In this document: piece after piece, positions 10,077 through 18,903 of the stretch
Position numbering within the stretch: the stretch's first letter is position 1
How the letters are laid out: each line of letters opens with the position of its first letter
Origin: Candidatus Uhrbacteria bacterium
GTDB lineage: Bacteria > Patescibacteriota > Patescibacteriia > UBA9934 > GWF2-40-263
Direction of reading: 5' to 3'
Assembly: GCA_013204385.1 (NCBI GenBank)
Contig: JABMNY010000013.1
Span: 517-64,516 of the forward strand
Length of the DNA: 64,000 bases
Translations under genes and position numbers: made by a program
The notes under the pieces: generated by a model
What the model saw: only the letters and a program-made list of their open reading frames with translations
Databases searched by the model: none
Told to the model about the DNA's origin: nothing

Positions 10077-10865
10077 ATGTTTTGGATTCCTTTGTTTATT
10101 TTTATCGTCGGTGTGTGTATTGGGAGTTTTCTGAATGTGGCCATTTTTCGAACCCACGAAGATGAATCAATCGTGCGTGGACGGTCAAAATGTCAGACTT
10201 GTGAGGTATCGATTGGTGCGCAAGATCTTGTACCGATTTTAAGTTATCTTCGTCTCAAGGGGCGATGTAGATCATGTAAGTCTGTTGTGTCATGGCAATA
10301 TCCTGTTGTGGAGCTTGCAACGGGGATGTTGTTTCTTTTGATGTATCTCACGATAGATTGGAATATTCCCTATAACCTTGGATTACAAGACATGATGCTT
10401 TTATTGTTTCGAAATTGGGTCTTTGTAAGTTATCTTGTCCTTATTTTTGTCTATGATCTTCGTCACATGCTCATTCTTGACCGATTTACCATTCCTGCAA
10501 TGATCTTTGCTGTCCTTGCGAATCTTTGGTTAGGAGTCATTCCTGGATGGTCTGTGCTTGTTGGGGGTCTTGTGATTGGGGGATTCTTCTGGTTGCAGTT
10601 CACGATTTCAAAAGGGGTGTGGGTTGGTGGAGGAGATATCCGCATGGGAGCGCTCATGGGGTTTATGCTCGGGATTGAACAAGGGTTTGTTGCATTGTTT
10701 CTTGCCTACGTTCTTGGGGCGCTCATTGGAGTTGGTTTACTTGTCTCAAAAGTTGTGACACGAAAGACGCAAGTTCCATTTGGCACATTTTTAGCCGTTG
10801 CAACTGTATTAACACTAATCATCGGTCAGCCGATGATTGATTGGTATTTAGGATTTTTTCTATGA
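10077..10865 (+). CDS. pilD: Prepilin peptidase (A24 family)
   Basis: GSFLNV, RSKC..C, L.G.C..C, QYPVVE, YDL, GGGD, VPFGTFL. Confidence 0.94.
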   Translation: MFWIPLFIFIVGVCIGSFLNVAIFRTHEDESIVRGRSKCQTCEVSIGAQDLVPILSYLRLKGRCRSCKSVVSWQYPVVELATGMLFLLMYLTIDWNIPYNLGLQDMMLLLFRNWVFVSYLVLIFVYDLRHMLILDRFTIPAMIFAVLANLWLGVIPGWSVLVGGLVIGGFFWLQFTISKGVWVGGGDIRMGALMGFMLGIEQGFVALFLAYVLGALIGVGLLVSKVVTRKTQVPFGTFLAVATVLTLIIGQPMIDWYLGFFL

Positions 10866-12859
10866 CCAAGTCTGAGGCACATGTACGCATTGAACAATTA
10901 AGAGAAGTGATTGCGGAGCATCGATATCAGTATCATGTTCTGGATCAAGCAACGATGTCCGATGCGGCGCTGGATTCTTTGAAGCATGAATTGTATCAGT
11001 TAGAGCAACAGTTTCCTGAGTTCATCACAGCAGACTCTCCAACTCAGCGCGTGGGAGGTGAACCACTCCCAAAGTTTGAAAAGGTTATTCATGCGCGCCC
11101 GATGCTTTCCATGGAAGATGTTTTTTCACAGGAGGAATTTGAGGCGTGGGTGAAACGGTTGGAAAAGGTTGGGGGAGAATCAGCGTGGCCGTTGTTTTGT
11201 ATGCCAAAGCTCGATGGGCTTGCGGTGTCCCTTGTGTATCTCGATGGACTGCTTGAAACGGCTGCGACACGTGGGAACGGAAAGATTGGGGAGAACGTGA
11301 CTCAAAATATTAAGACCATTCAGTCGATTCCGTTGTCTTTACGGAAGCTTCAAGGAAAGAAGATCCCTCATCGTGTAGAAGTGCGAGGAGAAATCTATTT
11401 TCCCGTTCATGCATTTGAGGAACTGAATCGACAACTCGAAAAAGAAGGGAAGCCTATCTTTGCGAATCCTCGTAACACTGCAGCTGGGTCGATTCGTCAA
11501 CTTGATCCCGCGGTCACTGCAGGACGAAAACTTGCTTTTATTGCATGGGATTTGGATGCTGATTTTGGTCAGACATCCATGACAGAAGAATGGAACATCT
11601 TAACCCAACTTGGATTTAAACCAGCTCCGGAATCACAGGTATTTGATTCGGTTGAGACTGTTGAAGCCCATTGGAAGTATTTACAGAAAAAACGTGACGG
11701 TCTCAATTATTGGGTGGATGGAATGGTTGTGCGTGTGAATCATAATCAAATGTACGTGAATCTTGGAGTGGTTGGAAAGACTCCACGAGGACTCGTTGCA
11801 TGGAAATTTCCCGCAGAAGAATCAACAACAATCGTTCTCGAGATTCAATGGACAGTTGGGCGCACAGGAGCACTCACGCCTGTTGCGGTGGTGGAACCTA
11901 CATGGATTGGTGGAACGACCGTACAACATGCCTCACTTCATAATCTTGATGAGATCGAGCGTCTTGATGTTCGTATAGGGGATACCGTTATTTTGTACAA
12001 GGCAGGCGATATTATTCCAAAGATTAAGGAAGTGATTGGAAAACTTCGTCCAGTCGGTGCAAAAAAAACGATTCCTCCAGAATCTTGTCCTGTGTGTGGA
12101 GGCAGAGCGCAAAGAGGTGAGGGAGAGGTTGCGATTTATTGTACAAATCCAACGTGTTTTGTACAGGATCGAGAAGCAACTCTTCATGCCGTACGGGCGT
12201 TTGAGATTGATGGAATTGGACCGTCAACAATCGCTGCGTTACTGGAGAACAGTATTATCAGTACTCCAGCAGATCTATTTGTCCTGCAACCTGGTGATGT
12301 GATTGGACTCGAGGGATTTGCAGAACTCTCCGCACAAAAGCTTGTAGAGGAGATTCAAAAACATAAGTCCATCGCTCTTCCAAGATTTATTCTTGCGCTT
12401 GGAATACGGAATGTCGGAGAACAAACTGCCATCGATCTTGCGAGTCATTTTGGGACTCTTGAAAATATCATGAGTGCTTCACTTGAAGAGCTCATGGTGT
12501 TAGAAGGAATTGGAGATGTTGTCGCAAAGAGTGTTCGCGACTATTTTGAAGAGGAACATCACCAGAGCCTTGTTGCAAGTTATTTTACGCATGGGGTGGA
12601 GGTTGGGGAGCAAAAACAGGTGAGTACTCAAACACACGCAACAGGAAAGACGTTTGTGGTCACAGGAACCCTTGAAACACTTGGTCGAGACGAGGCAAAA
12701 GAGATGATTCGGTTAGCAGGAGGAAAAGTGGCAGGATCTGTAAGTAAAAAGACAGATTTTGTCGTGGTTGGCTTCAATCCAGGGTCTAAATTAGAAACAG
12801 CGAATACGCTTGGAATCCCGACCTTGTCGGAGAGCGAGTTTATCGCTATGCTTTCGTAA
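10862..12859 (+). CDS. ligA: NAD-dependent DNA ligase
   Basis: KLDG adenylation motif, TRGNG..GE.VT, EVRGE, FANPRN, VGRTG, KAGDIIP, Cys4 Zn finger, HhH, C-terminal BRCT. Confidence 0.97.
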   Translation: MTKSEAHVRIEQLREVIAEHRYQYHVLDQATMSDAALDSLKHELYQLEQQFPEFITADSPTQRVGGEPLPKFEKVIHARPMLSMEDVFSQEEFEAWVKRLEKVGGESAWPLFCMPKLDGLAVSLVYLDGLLETAATRGNGKIGENVTQNIKTIQSIPLSLRKLQGKKIPHRVEVRGEIYFPVHAFEELNRQLEKEGKPIFANPRNTAAGSIRQLDPAVTAGRKLAFIAWDLDADFGQTSMTEEWNILTQLGFKPAPESQVFDSVETVEAHWKYLQKKRDGLNYWVDGMVVRVNHNQMYVNLGVVGKTPRGLVAWKFPAEESTTIVLEIQWTVGRTGALTPVAVVEPTWIGGTTVQHASLHNLDEIERLDVRIGDTVILYKAGDIIPKIKEVIGKLRPVGAKKTIPPESCPVCGGRAQRGEGEVAIYCTNPTCFVQDREATLHAVRAFEIDGIGPSTIAALLENSIISTPADLFVLQPGDVIGLEGFAELSAQKLVEEIQKHKSIALPRFILALGIRNVGEQTAIDLASHFGTLENIMSASLEELMVLEGIGDVVAKSVRDYFEEEHHQSLVASYFTHGVEVGEQKQVSTQTHATGKTFVVTGTLETLGRDEAKEMIRLAGGKVAGSVSKKTDFVVVGFNPGSKLETANTLGIPTLSESEFIAMLS

Positions 12860-12863
12860 ACAT

Positions 12864-13169
12864 ATGAAATTTTCAAAAGAAGACGTCGTACAAATTGCAA
12901 AGCTTTCCAGACTCCATATTGATGAGGAAGAGCTTAAGCAGTATCAAGAGGATCTCGCTTCTATTTTAGGGTACGTCGAGAAACTTCAAGAATTGAATAC
13001 AGATGATGTTCCTGAGTTCCAGCACGCTGCAGGGGGGGTAAATGTATTTCGTGATGATGTCGTTAAGGAAAGTGATGCAGAGACTCGTCGTCTGGCGATC
13101 GAGAACTTTTCAGAGCGTGAAGGAGATCTATTGAAAGTGCAGGCCGTATTTTCTAATCGAACAGAATAA
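12864..13169 (+). CDS. gatC: Asp/Glu-tRNA amidotransferase subunit C
   Basis: IAKLSRL...ILGYVEKLQELNTDDV...VFRDD...LKV; precedes gatA. Confidence 0.92.
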   Translation: MKFSKEDVVQIAKLSRLHIDEEELKQYQEDLASILGYVEKLQELNTDDVPEFQHAAGGVNVFRDDVVKESDAETRRLAIENFSEREGDLLKVQAVFSNRTE

Positions 13170-13171
13170 GT

Positions 13172-14620
13172 ATGGATGTATCAACACTGACAATCAAAGA
13201 AGCGGGTGAGAAACTCGCAAGCGGAGAAATGACCGCTGAGGCGCTTACACAAAACTATCTTGATCGAATATCTGAGCAAGATGAATCTATTCATGCATTC
13301 ATCTCAGTATCAGAATCTGCACTTGATGAAGCAAGAGCTATTGATGCAAGACGGGCTTTGGGAGAATCACTCGGTCCTCTTGCTGGAATTCCAATTGGCA
13401 TCAAAGACAATATGTTGGTTCAGGGGTGGGAGGTTACATCTGCCGCTCAAATTCTTGAAGGACATATTGGAATTTACAATGCAACCGTTATTGATCGTCT
13501 CAAACAGGCTGGGGCCGTTTTGATCGGGGGAACAAACATGGATGACGCTGCCATGGGGTCATCGACGGAAACATCCCATCATGGTCCAACGATGAATCCA
13601 TGGGACAAGACGAAAGTTCCAGGAGGATCAAGCGGAGGGTCTGCGGCTGCTGTCGCTGCAGGATTTGTCCCTGGAGCACTGGGCTCGGATACAGGTGGAT
13701 CAATACGCCAACCAGCAGCATTATGTGGAATTGTTGGACTCAAACCAACCTATGGAAGGGTTTCTCGTTATGGGCTTATCGCGCTTGCATCAAGTCTTGA
13801 TCAGATCGGTCCAATTACTCATACCGTAGAGGATTCTGCGATCATGCTTCAAGCGATCGAGGGGTATGATCCAAAAGATTCAACATCAGCAACGCTTACA
13901 AATACAACCGTTCCATCTTTGATCGAAAAAGATGTGACAGGCATGACACTTGGAATTCCAAAGGAGTACTTTGGAAGTGGGATGGATCCACGCGTGCGTG
14001 ACGTAGTGATGGAAGCGGTGCAAGAGCTTGAGCGTGCAGGAGCCAAGATCAAAGAAATTTCACTTCCGCATGCGGAGTATGCCCTTGCGACGTACTATAT
14101 TATTCAGCCCGCAGAGGCGAGCTCAAACTTAGGTCGCCTAGATGGATTGCGCTACGGGTATCATTCGGGCGGAGAGAACTTACAGGAGACGTATGAACGC
14201 ACCCGCGGGGAAGGATTCGGGACAGAGGTGAAGCGTCGCATCATGCTTGGGTCTTACACGCTTTCAGCAGGCTATTATGATGCGTATTACCGAAAAGCGT
14301 TGAAGGTACGGACATTGATCAAACAAGATTTTGATGAAGCGTTTAAAGATGTTGATGCGATTCTTTCGCCAACCAGCCCAACCGTGGCGTGGAACATTGG
14401 AGAAAAGTTTAACGATCCACTCGCCATGTATTTGGCGGATATTTATACCGTGACTGCAAACCTTGCGACGATCCCAGGAATGTCTGTTCCATGCGGATTT
14501 GTTGATGGACTTCCAGTGGGGCTACAGATTCTTGCAAAACCATTTGATGAATATTCACTCTTTAAAGTAGGGGCGACCTTTCAAGATCGCACTGCCTGGC
14601 ATACACAAACTCCTACATGA
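13172..14620 (+). CDS. gatA: Asp/Glu-tRNA amidotransferase subunit A
   Basis: [48 protein letters not shown]. Confidence 0.97.
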   Translation: MDVSTLTIKEAGEKLASGEMTAEALTQNYLDRISEQDESIHAFISVSESALDEARAIDARRALGESLGPLAGIPIGIKDNMLVQGWEVTSAAQILEGHIGIYNATVIDRLKQAGAVLIGGTNMDDAAMGSSTETSHHGPTMNPWDKTKVPGGSSGGSAAAVAAGFVPGALGSDTGGSIRQPAALCGIVGLKPTYGRVSRYGLIALASSLDQIGPITHTVEDSAIMLQAIEGYDPKDSTSATLTNTTVPSLIEKDVTGMTLGIPKEYFGSGMDPRVRDVVMEAVQELERAGAKIKEISLPHAEYALATYYIIQPAEASSNLGRLDGLRYGYHSGGENLQETYERTRGEGFGTEVKRRIMLGSYTLSAGYYDAYYRKALKVRTLIKQDFDEAFKDVDAILSPTSPTVAWNIGEKFNDPLAMYLADIYTVTANLATIPGMSVPCGFVDGLPVGLQILAKPFDEYSLFKVGATFQDRTAWHTQTPT

Positions 14621-15372
14621 TCCCTTACTTCAAACTCACAACCCTGACACTAGGCCCTATCACGATTCAAGTGTGGGGTCTTATGGTTGCACTCGGAATT
14701 CTAGCAGCGAGGTGGGTGGCTGGACGGATGGCAAAGTCACGTGGACAAGACGAGAAGATTGTTTGGGACCTGAGTGTCTGGGTGATCGCGGGAGCATTTT
14801 TCATGGCGCGTGTGTTCCACGCAATCTATGAGCCGGGGTACTATCTTTCGGATCCATTCGAGTTTTTACGTATTTGGCATGGAGGGTTTTCTGTCATGGG
14901 AGGATTTCTTGGGGCGCTAATCGTAGGAGTTTGGTTTTTGCGCAAGAAGCAAGTGGATGTGTACGCATATTCTGACACGGCCATCTTTGGACTTCCTCTT
15001 GGACTTTTTATCGGACGTATTGGTTGCTTTCTTATTCACGATCATCCTGGGACTCTGACAAATTTTCCCCTTGGAGTGAATTATCCTGACGGTATTCGAC
15101 ATGATCATGGATTGTATTTATCTCTGAATGGATTGATTCTATTTTTGCTATTCCTTTGGTTACGATATAAAAAAGTAAAAACAGGTACGTATGTTGTCGT
15201 GTTCTTAATCTGGTATGGAACGGTTCGATTCTTCTTAGATTTCCTGCGCGCAACAGATGGGCAAATTATCGATACACGTTACTTCTCACTCACCCCAGCC
15301 CAATACATGGCAATCTTAATGGTAGGTGGGGGAGTGTGGCTTTGGCGGAAAAGATTGTCGAACAAACATTGA
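14617..15372 (+). CDS. lgt: Prolipoprotein diacylglyceryl transferase
   Basis: IW.GG.S..GG, GRIGCF, YG..RF..DFLR; multiple TM. Confidence 0.92.
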   Translation: MIPYFKLTTLTLGPITIQVWGLMVALGILAARWVAGRMAKSRGQDEKIVWDLSVWVIAGAFFMARVFHAIYEPGYYLSDPFEFLRIWHGGFSVMGGFLGALIVGVWFLRKKQVDVYAYSDTAIFGLPLGLFIGRIGCFLIHDHPGTLTNFPLGVNYPDGIRHDHGLYLSLNGLILFLLFLWLRYKKVKTGTYVVVFLIWYGTVRFFLDFLRATDGQIIDTRYFSLTPAQYMAILMVGGGVWLWRKRLSNKH

Positions 15373-15387
15373 CAAAATATCTGATTA

Positions 15388-15414
15388 AAAATAGCCTATA
15401 AATAAGGCTATTTT
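15388..15414 (+). terminator. Inverted repeat after lgt (terminator or operator)
   Basis: aaaatagcct-N7-aggctatttt. Confidence 0.55.
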
Positions 15415-15452
15415 GATTTATCCACAAAAAATGATTATTTTAATCGCCATAT

Positions 15453-16208
15453 ATGCCAAAAATTCCTAAACTCTCTGATGAGACGCTTGAACTCCTTGGT
15501 CTAAAGCCTAAGGATATGAGTGTGTATACCGTTTTATTGAAGCTTGGTACGGCGCCGTTGCGTCGTGTAGCTCAGGAAGCGGGTCTCAACCGCGGAACCG
15601 CGTATGATGCCCTTAAACGGCTCATAGACATAGGTCTTGTGTCTCATATGGATGCAAAGACTCATCGCTACTTTACGGCAGAGGATCCTCAAAAACTGAC
15701 GGGGATTGCCGTGAGGCGGGAGGTTGCAATTCAAGAAGCTCAACTCAAACTCAAAGATGTCGTGCCGCAATTACAAGAGCTTCTGGGTTCAAGTGCCCAT
15801 CGTCCAAGCGTTCGGTATTACGAAGGAGAAAGTGGTGTCCGTGACATCTTAGAAGATGTGTTACGCACTTCTGAGAAGTATGGAGATAAACTCTTTCGGA
15901 TTTACTCCTCGGAAGGCATTCGTGATTTGATTGCGCATGCCTGGCCAGGGTTTATCAAACTACGCGTTCGAAAACATGTACGCGTAAAGACGATTTCCAT
16001 CGGTGCAGGAGGAGTTACACATGGTCTCGACGAGCGTAAATGGCTCACACAGACGAATAAATCTCCCTCGTACATTTTCATCTATCCTCACAAAACTGCC
16101 TTTATTTCCCTTGATGAGAGACAACAACTCTTTGGAGTGATCATCGAGGACGAAGCGGTTTCGGCAACACAAGAAATGATCTTTGATGCCATTTGGAAGA
16201 TGATGTAG
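15453..16208 (+). CDS. TrmB-family transcriptional regulator
   Basis: N-terminal wHTH (LGL...VY..LL.LG...R.T.YD.L.RL...GLV), P.VRYYEG..G, C-terminal effector-type domain. Confidence 0.85.
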   Translation: MPKIPKLSDETLELLGLKPKDMSVYTVLLKLGTAPLRRVAQEAGLNRGTAYDALKRLIDIGLVSHMDAKTHRYFTAEDPQKLTGIAVRREVAIQEAQLKLKDVVPQLQELLGSSAHRPSVRYYEGESGVRDILEDVLRTSEKYGDKLFRIYSSEGIRDLIAHAWPGFIKLRVRKHVRVKTISIGAGGVTHGLDERKWLTQTNKSPSYIFIYPHKTAFISLDERQQLFGVIIEDEAVSATQEMIFDAIWKMM

Positions 16209-16288
16209 TTGGACGATTGATTCGCGTGTTTATCTGTCTGATAAACGCCCGAGACAATTCGTTCAATCTTCATGGAGAGACAATTCTG

Positions 16289-16801
16289 ATGCCAAAAGCT
16301 GTTGTTGCAATGTTTTGTGGCCCTCATGACGAGGGTTCTAGGATTCCTCATCGTCGGATCAATCGTGCGGTCGAGTACGCCCTTGCGCGAGGTTTGCCTC
16401 TCGTGATTGCAGGTGACGCCTTTGATGGAACTGAAGCTCGGTATTTCAAAACCCTTGCGAAGAAGAGGGGGGTGCAGATGGTCCTGGTCGCTTTCGATCC
16501 ACAGACGCGCAACTGTACGCTCTCAGATGCGCAAGCCACCATCATTCAACTCCAGGCACTTGGTCTTGATATCAGTCGTGTTTACCTTGTAACGGACTGG
16601 TGGCACATGCTTCGGTCTTCTGTCATGATGATCGGAGAGATTCACACTCGTCATCCCGCACGGGTGGTCCCTGTTCCTGTTTTCAACGGACCATTCCCAT
16701 GCCTTCGCACGCTCTGGAATGAGTTGCGTGGCTCTTGGCACTACCTTACTGGGACGTACGGTCAGCGTACGGTCAACGATCCACTTCGACACACTTCCTG
16801 A
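16289..16801 (+). CDS. YdcF/DUF218 (ElyC/SanA-like) protein
   Basis: R...A, VIAG, TEA, CT..DA, YLVTDWWHMLRS; GGAG upstream of ATG 16289. Confidence 0.75.
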   Translation: MPKAVVAMFCGPHDEGSRIPHRRINRAVEYALARGLPLVIAGDAFDGTEARYFKTLAKKRGVQMVLVAFDPQTRNCTLSDAQATIIQLQALGLDISRVYLVTDWWHMLRSSVMMIGEIHTRHPARVVPVPVFNGPFPCLRTLWNELRGSWHYLTGTYGQRTVNDPLRHTS

Positions 16802-16830
16802 CACAGATCCTCTCCCTGAGGAAACGCAAA

Positions 16831-16860
16831 GCGCTCCGCATTTCTGCCGAGCGCCTTTTT
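16831..16860 (+). terminator. Intrinsic terminator
   Basis: gcgctc...gagcgc plus T-run. Confidence 0.65.
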
Positions 16861-16881
16861 ATTTAGAGTTTGTTTATGCTC

Positions 16882-17259
16882 TTAGCTCCAGAGTGTTCCC
16901 CAGAATCCCTTTTTTGGTTGTGGTGAGGCGGATGCAGGTGGGGGAGTTGGGCGTGAAGCACCTAGATTATCGATGAGTGCTTTGACGCGTGCCATTTCCC
17001 GTTCTACAAGCGGTCCCTCATATTCTCCACCGTGCGCACTTGTCCCTTCGTAGCTCGCGGCCTTTTGATCGACATGGAGGTTTACTTGTAGCCCTCCGTT
17101 CATATCTTCAACATACCCATGATAGCGGGGGAAGCGTTCACCAGAGACACGTTTTGTATAACTGATTTGGCCTGCGCGCGTTGTTTGTTCTCCGTAGCCG
17201 AGGCGTCGCATGATGTTTCTCGCGTTATCCGCAAGAGGTCCAGGAAAGAACGTTTTCAT
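16882..17259 (-). CDS. Hypothetical protein, FPRxHxY/LHxD/YEG family, paralog A
   Basis: ORF from MKTFFP; aligns by eye with 17273-17623. Confidence 0.8.
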   Translation of the reverse strand: MKTFFPGPLADNARNIMRRLGYGEQTTRAGQISYTKRVSGERFPRYHGYVEDMNGGLQVNLHVDQKAASYEGTSAHGGEYEGPLVEREMARVKALIDNLGASRPTPPPASASPQPKKGFWGTLWS

Positions 17260-17272
17260 AATAATTCTCAAT

Positions 17273-17623
17273 TCAAGTATCTGAGTTAGTTTTTGGGGTA
17301 TGAAAGATGGTTTTGATGGGGGTCTGTCCGCAGATGCTTTCTAAGATTCTGTGCATTTCTTGATTCACACGACCTCCTTCATAGGCCCAGGCTTGATCAT
17401 GATTCCCTTTGTGTTCAATCGAATCGAGTGCATCAAAATGAAGATCGATCTCCATTCCATCTTCCGTGAGTATTGTGTAAGCGTGGAAGCGTGGAAAGGC
17501 TGGATCATTCAGACTTCGATGATAACACGCGCGTCCTGTTTCAACACAATGTCGAACATACCCTGCTTGAGTCATAAGGGTGTCTGATGCATTTGCGAGG
17601 GGGAGCGGAATAATATGTCGCAT
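17273..17623 (-). CDS. Hypothetical protein, FPRxHxY/LHxD/YEG family, paralog B
   Basis: Shares PLA, M...GY, FPR[FY]H.Y, LH.D and YEG..V..EM.R with its neighbour. Confidence 0.8.
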   Translation of the reverse strand: MRHIIPLPLANASDTLMTQAGYVRHCVETGRACYHRSLNDPAFPRFHAYTILTEDGMEIDLHFDALDSIEHKGNHDQAWAYEGGRVNQEMHRILESICGQTPIKTIFHTPKTNSDT

Positions 17624-17841
17624 AAGAGGGATTGGATAGATACTCTATCGTGGTCTGAACACAAGGGTTTTGTCAATGAAGACTCAGTATATATTTGTAT
17701 CCAACGCTTGAGCATTTTATCGCATGATTATTTCGATGTGCCTGTTTCCTAGTCGGACTTATAATGGGGGATTTTCATTTACATAAATGTTTGTTATAGT
17801 TCCGCCCGTTGATCGAGAAAATGTTTCCCGAGGCAAGTCAT

Positions 17842-17964
17842 TAAAACTCCTAGAATTGAATGAGATTTTGACGCCCGAATGAGTACTGAAGGAAACGACC
17901 TTTAGCGGTCGTTGACTGAAGAACAGAATGAGAAGTTAAAAGATCGTCAATTCTACGAATTTTA
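17842..17964 (+). repeat. Long imperfect palindrome / structured element in the tRNA leader
   Basis: tagaattga/tcaattcta, ttttgac/gttaaaa and aacgacc/ggtcgtt stems around a purine-rich internal loop. Confidence 0.6.
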
Positions 17965-17977
17965 CCCCCCCCTCTAT

Positions 17978-18065
17978 GGAGAGGTCGCATAGTGGTCTAG
18001 TGCGCCGCCCTGGAAAGGCGGTACACCGCAAGGTGTCGGAGGTTCGAATCCTCTCCTCTCCTCCA
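17978..18065 (+). tRNA. tRNA-Ser (anticodon GGA), long variable arm, CCA encoded
   Basis: GGAGAGG/CCTCTCC acceptor stem, anticodon arm CCGCC-CTGGAAA-GGCGG, variable arm ACACC-GCAA-GGTGT, GGTTCGAATCC T-loop; discriminator U. Confidence 0.97.
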
Positions 18066-18228
18066 TACAAAAAGAACTGACACATGTCAGTTCTTTTTGT
18101 ATGGAGGGCAAACCAGAGGTTTGCGAGATTCCGACGATCTGTGCTGAGGAATCTCAGAGGAGAGGATCTTGTTGAGCGAAAAAACGTCCTCGTCAGCGAC
18201 GTTTTGAAAGCGAGACAACATCCTCTCT
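18060..18228 (+). repeat. tRNA-3'-associated multi-hairpin element
   Basis: 23-bp perfect inverted repeat 18060-18107 covering the tRNA CCA, then three further hairpins. Confidence 0.7.
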
Positions 18229-18261
18229 ACTTAAATTCGCTTCATCGCAACACTCCATACT

Positions 18262-18756
18262 CTATTTGTGATGGTCGATGCCTTTGTAAGTAGAGATAAA
18301 TGAAGTGATACGTTCTTCATTGAGTTCCTGCATGTACTCAATGCGACTCCAAGCGGTGAGTGTAATCATGGAGTCCATCGGTTCATAAGGCTCGAGAATG
18401 ACCGATTCTGAATAACGGTTTACGAGCGAAGTGAGCTGATCGATGATGTCCTGATCCGTTCCTGGGAGATAATGGACGATTACTCCACCGTCTTCCAAAT
18501 TGTGAATTTGGAGTTCATCGGCAATTTGTTCTGTGTGCACACCCCACCTTGCGATTGATCCAATATGTGGTCCCGATGTTGGCGGACTAGTCGAATAGGA
18601 CTCATGAGATGTGTCTATTGTTTCAATATGCTGATTCCCCTGAGAGGCAACAAAGTTTTCTGGTTGAGGTCTACTGATTGCCCAAGCAAAAAGAGCGACC
18701 ACAAGAATGATAGGGATAATGATTGAAAGTGCACGAATGATTTTTGTTTTTCGCAT
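18262..18756 (-). CDS. DUF3105-domain membrane-anchored protein
   Basis: N-terminal TM, PPTSGPH, HNLE.GGV.V.Y, TAW. Confidence 0.85.
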   Translation of the reverse strand: MRKTKIIRALSIIIPIILVVALFAWAISRPQPENFVASQGNQHIETIDTSHESYSTSPPTSGPHIGSIARWGVHTEQIADELQIHNLEDGGVIVHYLPGTDQDIIDQLTSLVNRYSESVILEPYEPMDSMITLTAWSRIEYMQELNEERITSFISTYKGIDHHK

Positions 18757-18903
18757 AAGTAATTTCAGCTTAGCATTTTATCTAAATAGTTACCAAAAAA
18801 GTGAATCTCATTTTATTCCTGCAAAAACATGTAACCCATCTTTATGCAATGGGTACGAATAGAAAACGCCATTTAAGGTGTTTGAGTAACATATCTATTT
18901 TCT

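Noticed and set aside
12818-12830. ccgac-ctt-gtcgg palindrome in ligA
   Set aside because: Encodes an ordinary BRCT C-terminal IPTLSE with no evident insertion.
13520-13560. GatA variant [11 protein letters not shown] versus usual GKTNMDEFAMG
   Set aside because: Lys-cisSer-Ser triad motifs are intact; treated as ordinary divergence. Absence of an adjacent gatB is also common.
17776-17803. dif-like sequence catttacataa-atgtttg-ttatagttcc
   Set aside because: Spacer is 7 rather than 6 bp and it coincides with the tRNA promoter.
18062-18062. U73 discriminator in tRNA-Ser instead of the common G73
   Set aside because: SerRS relies mainly on the long variable arm; the tRNA is otherwise canonical.
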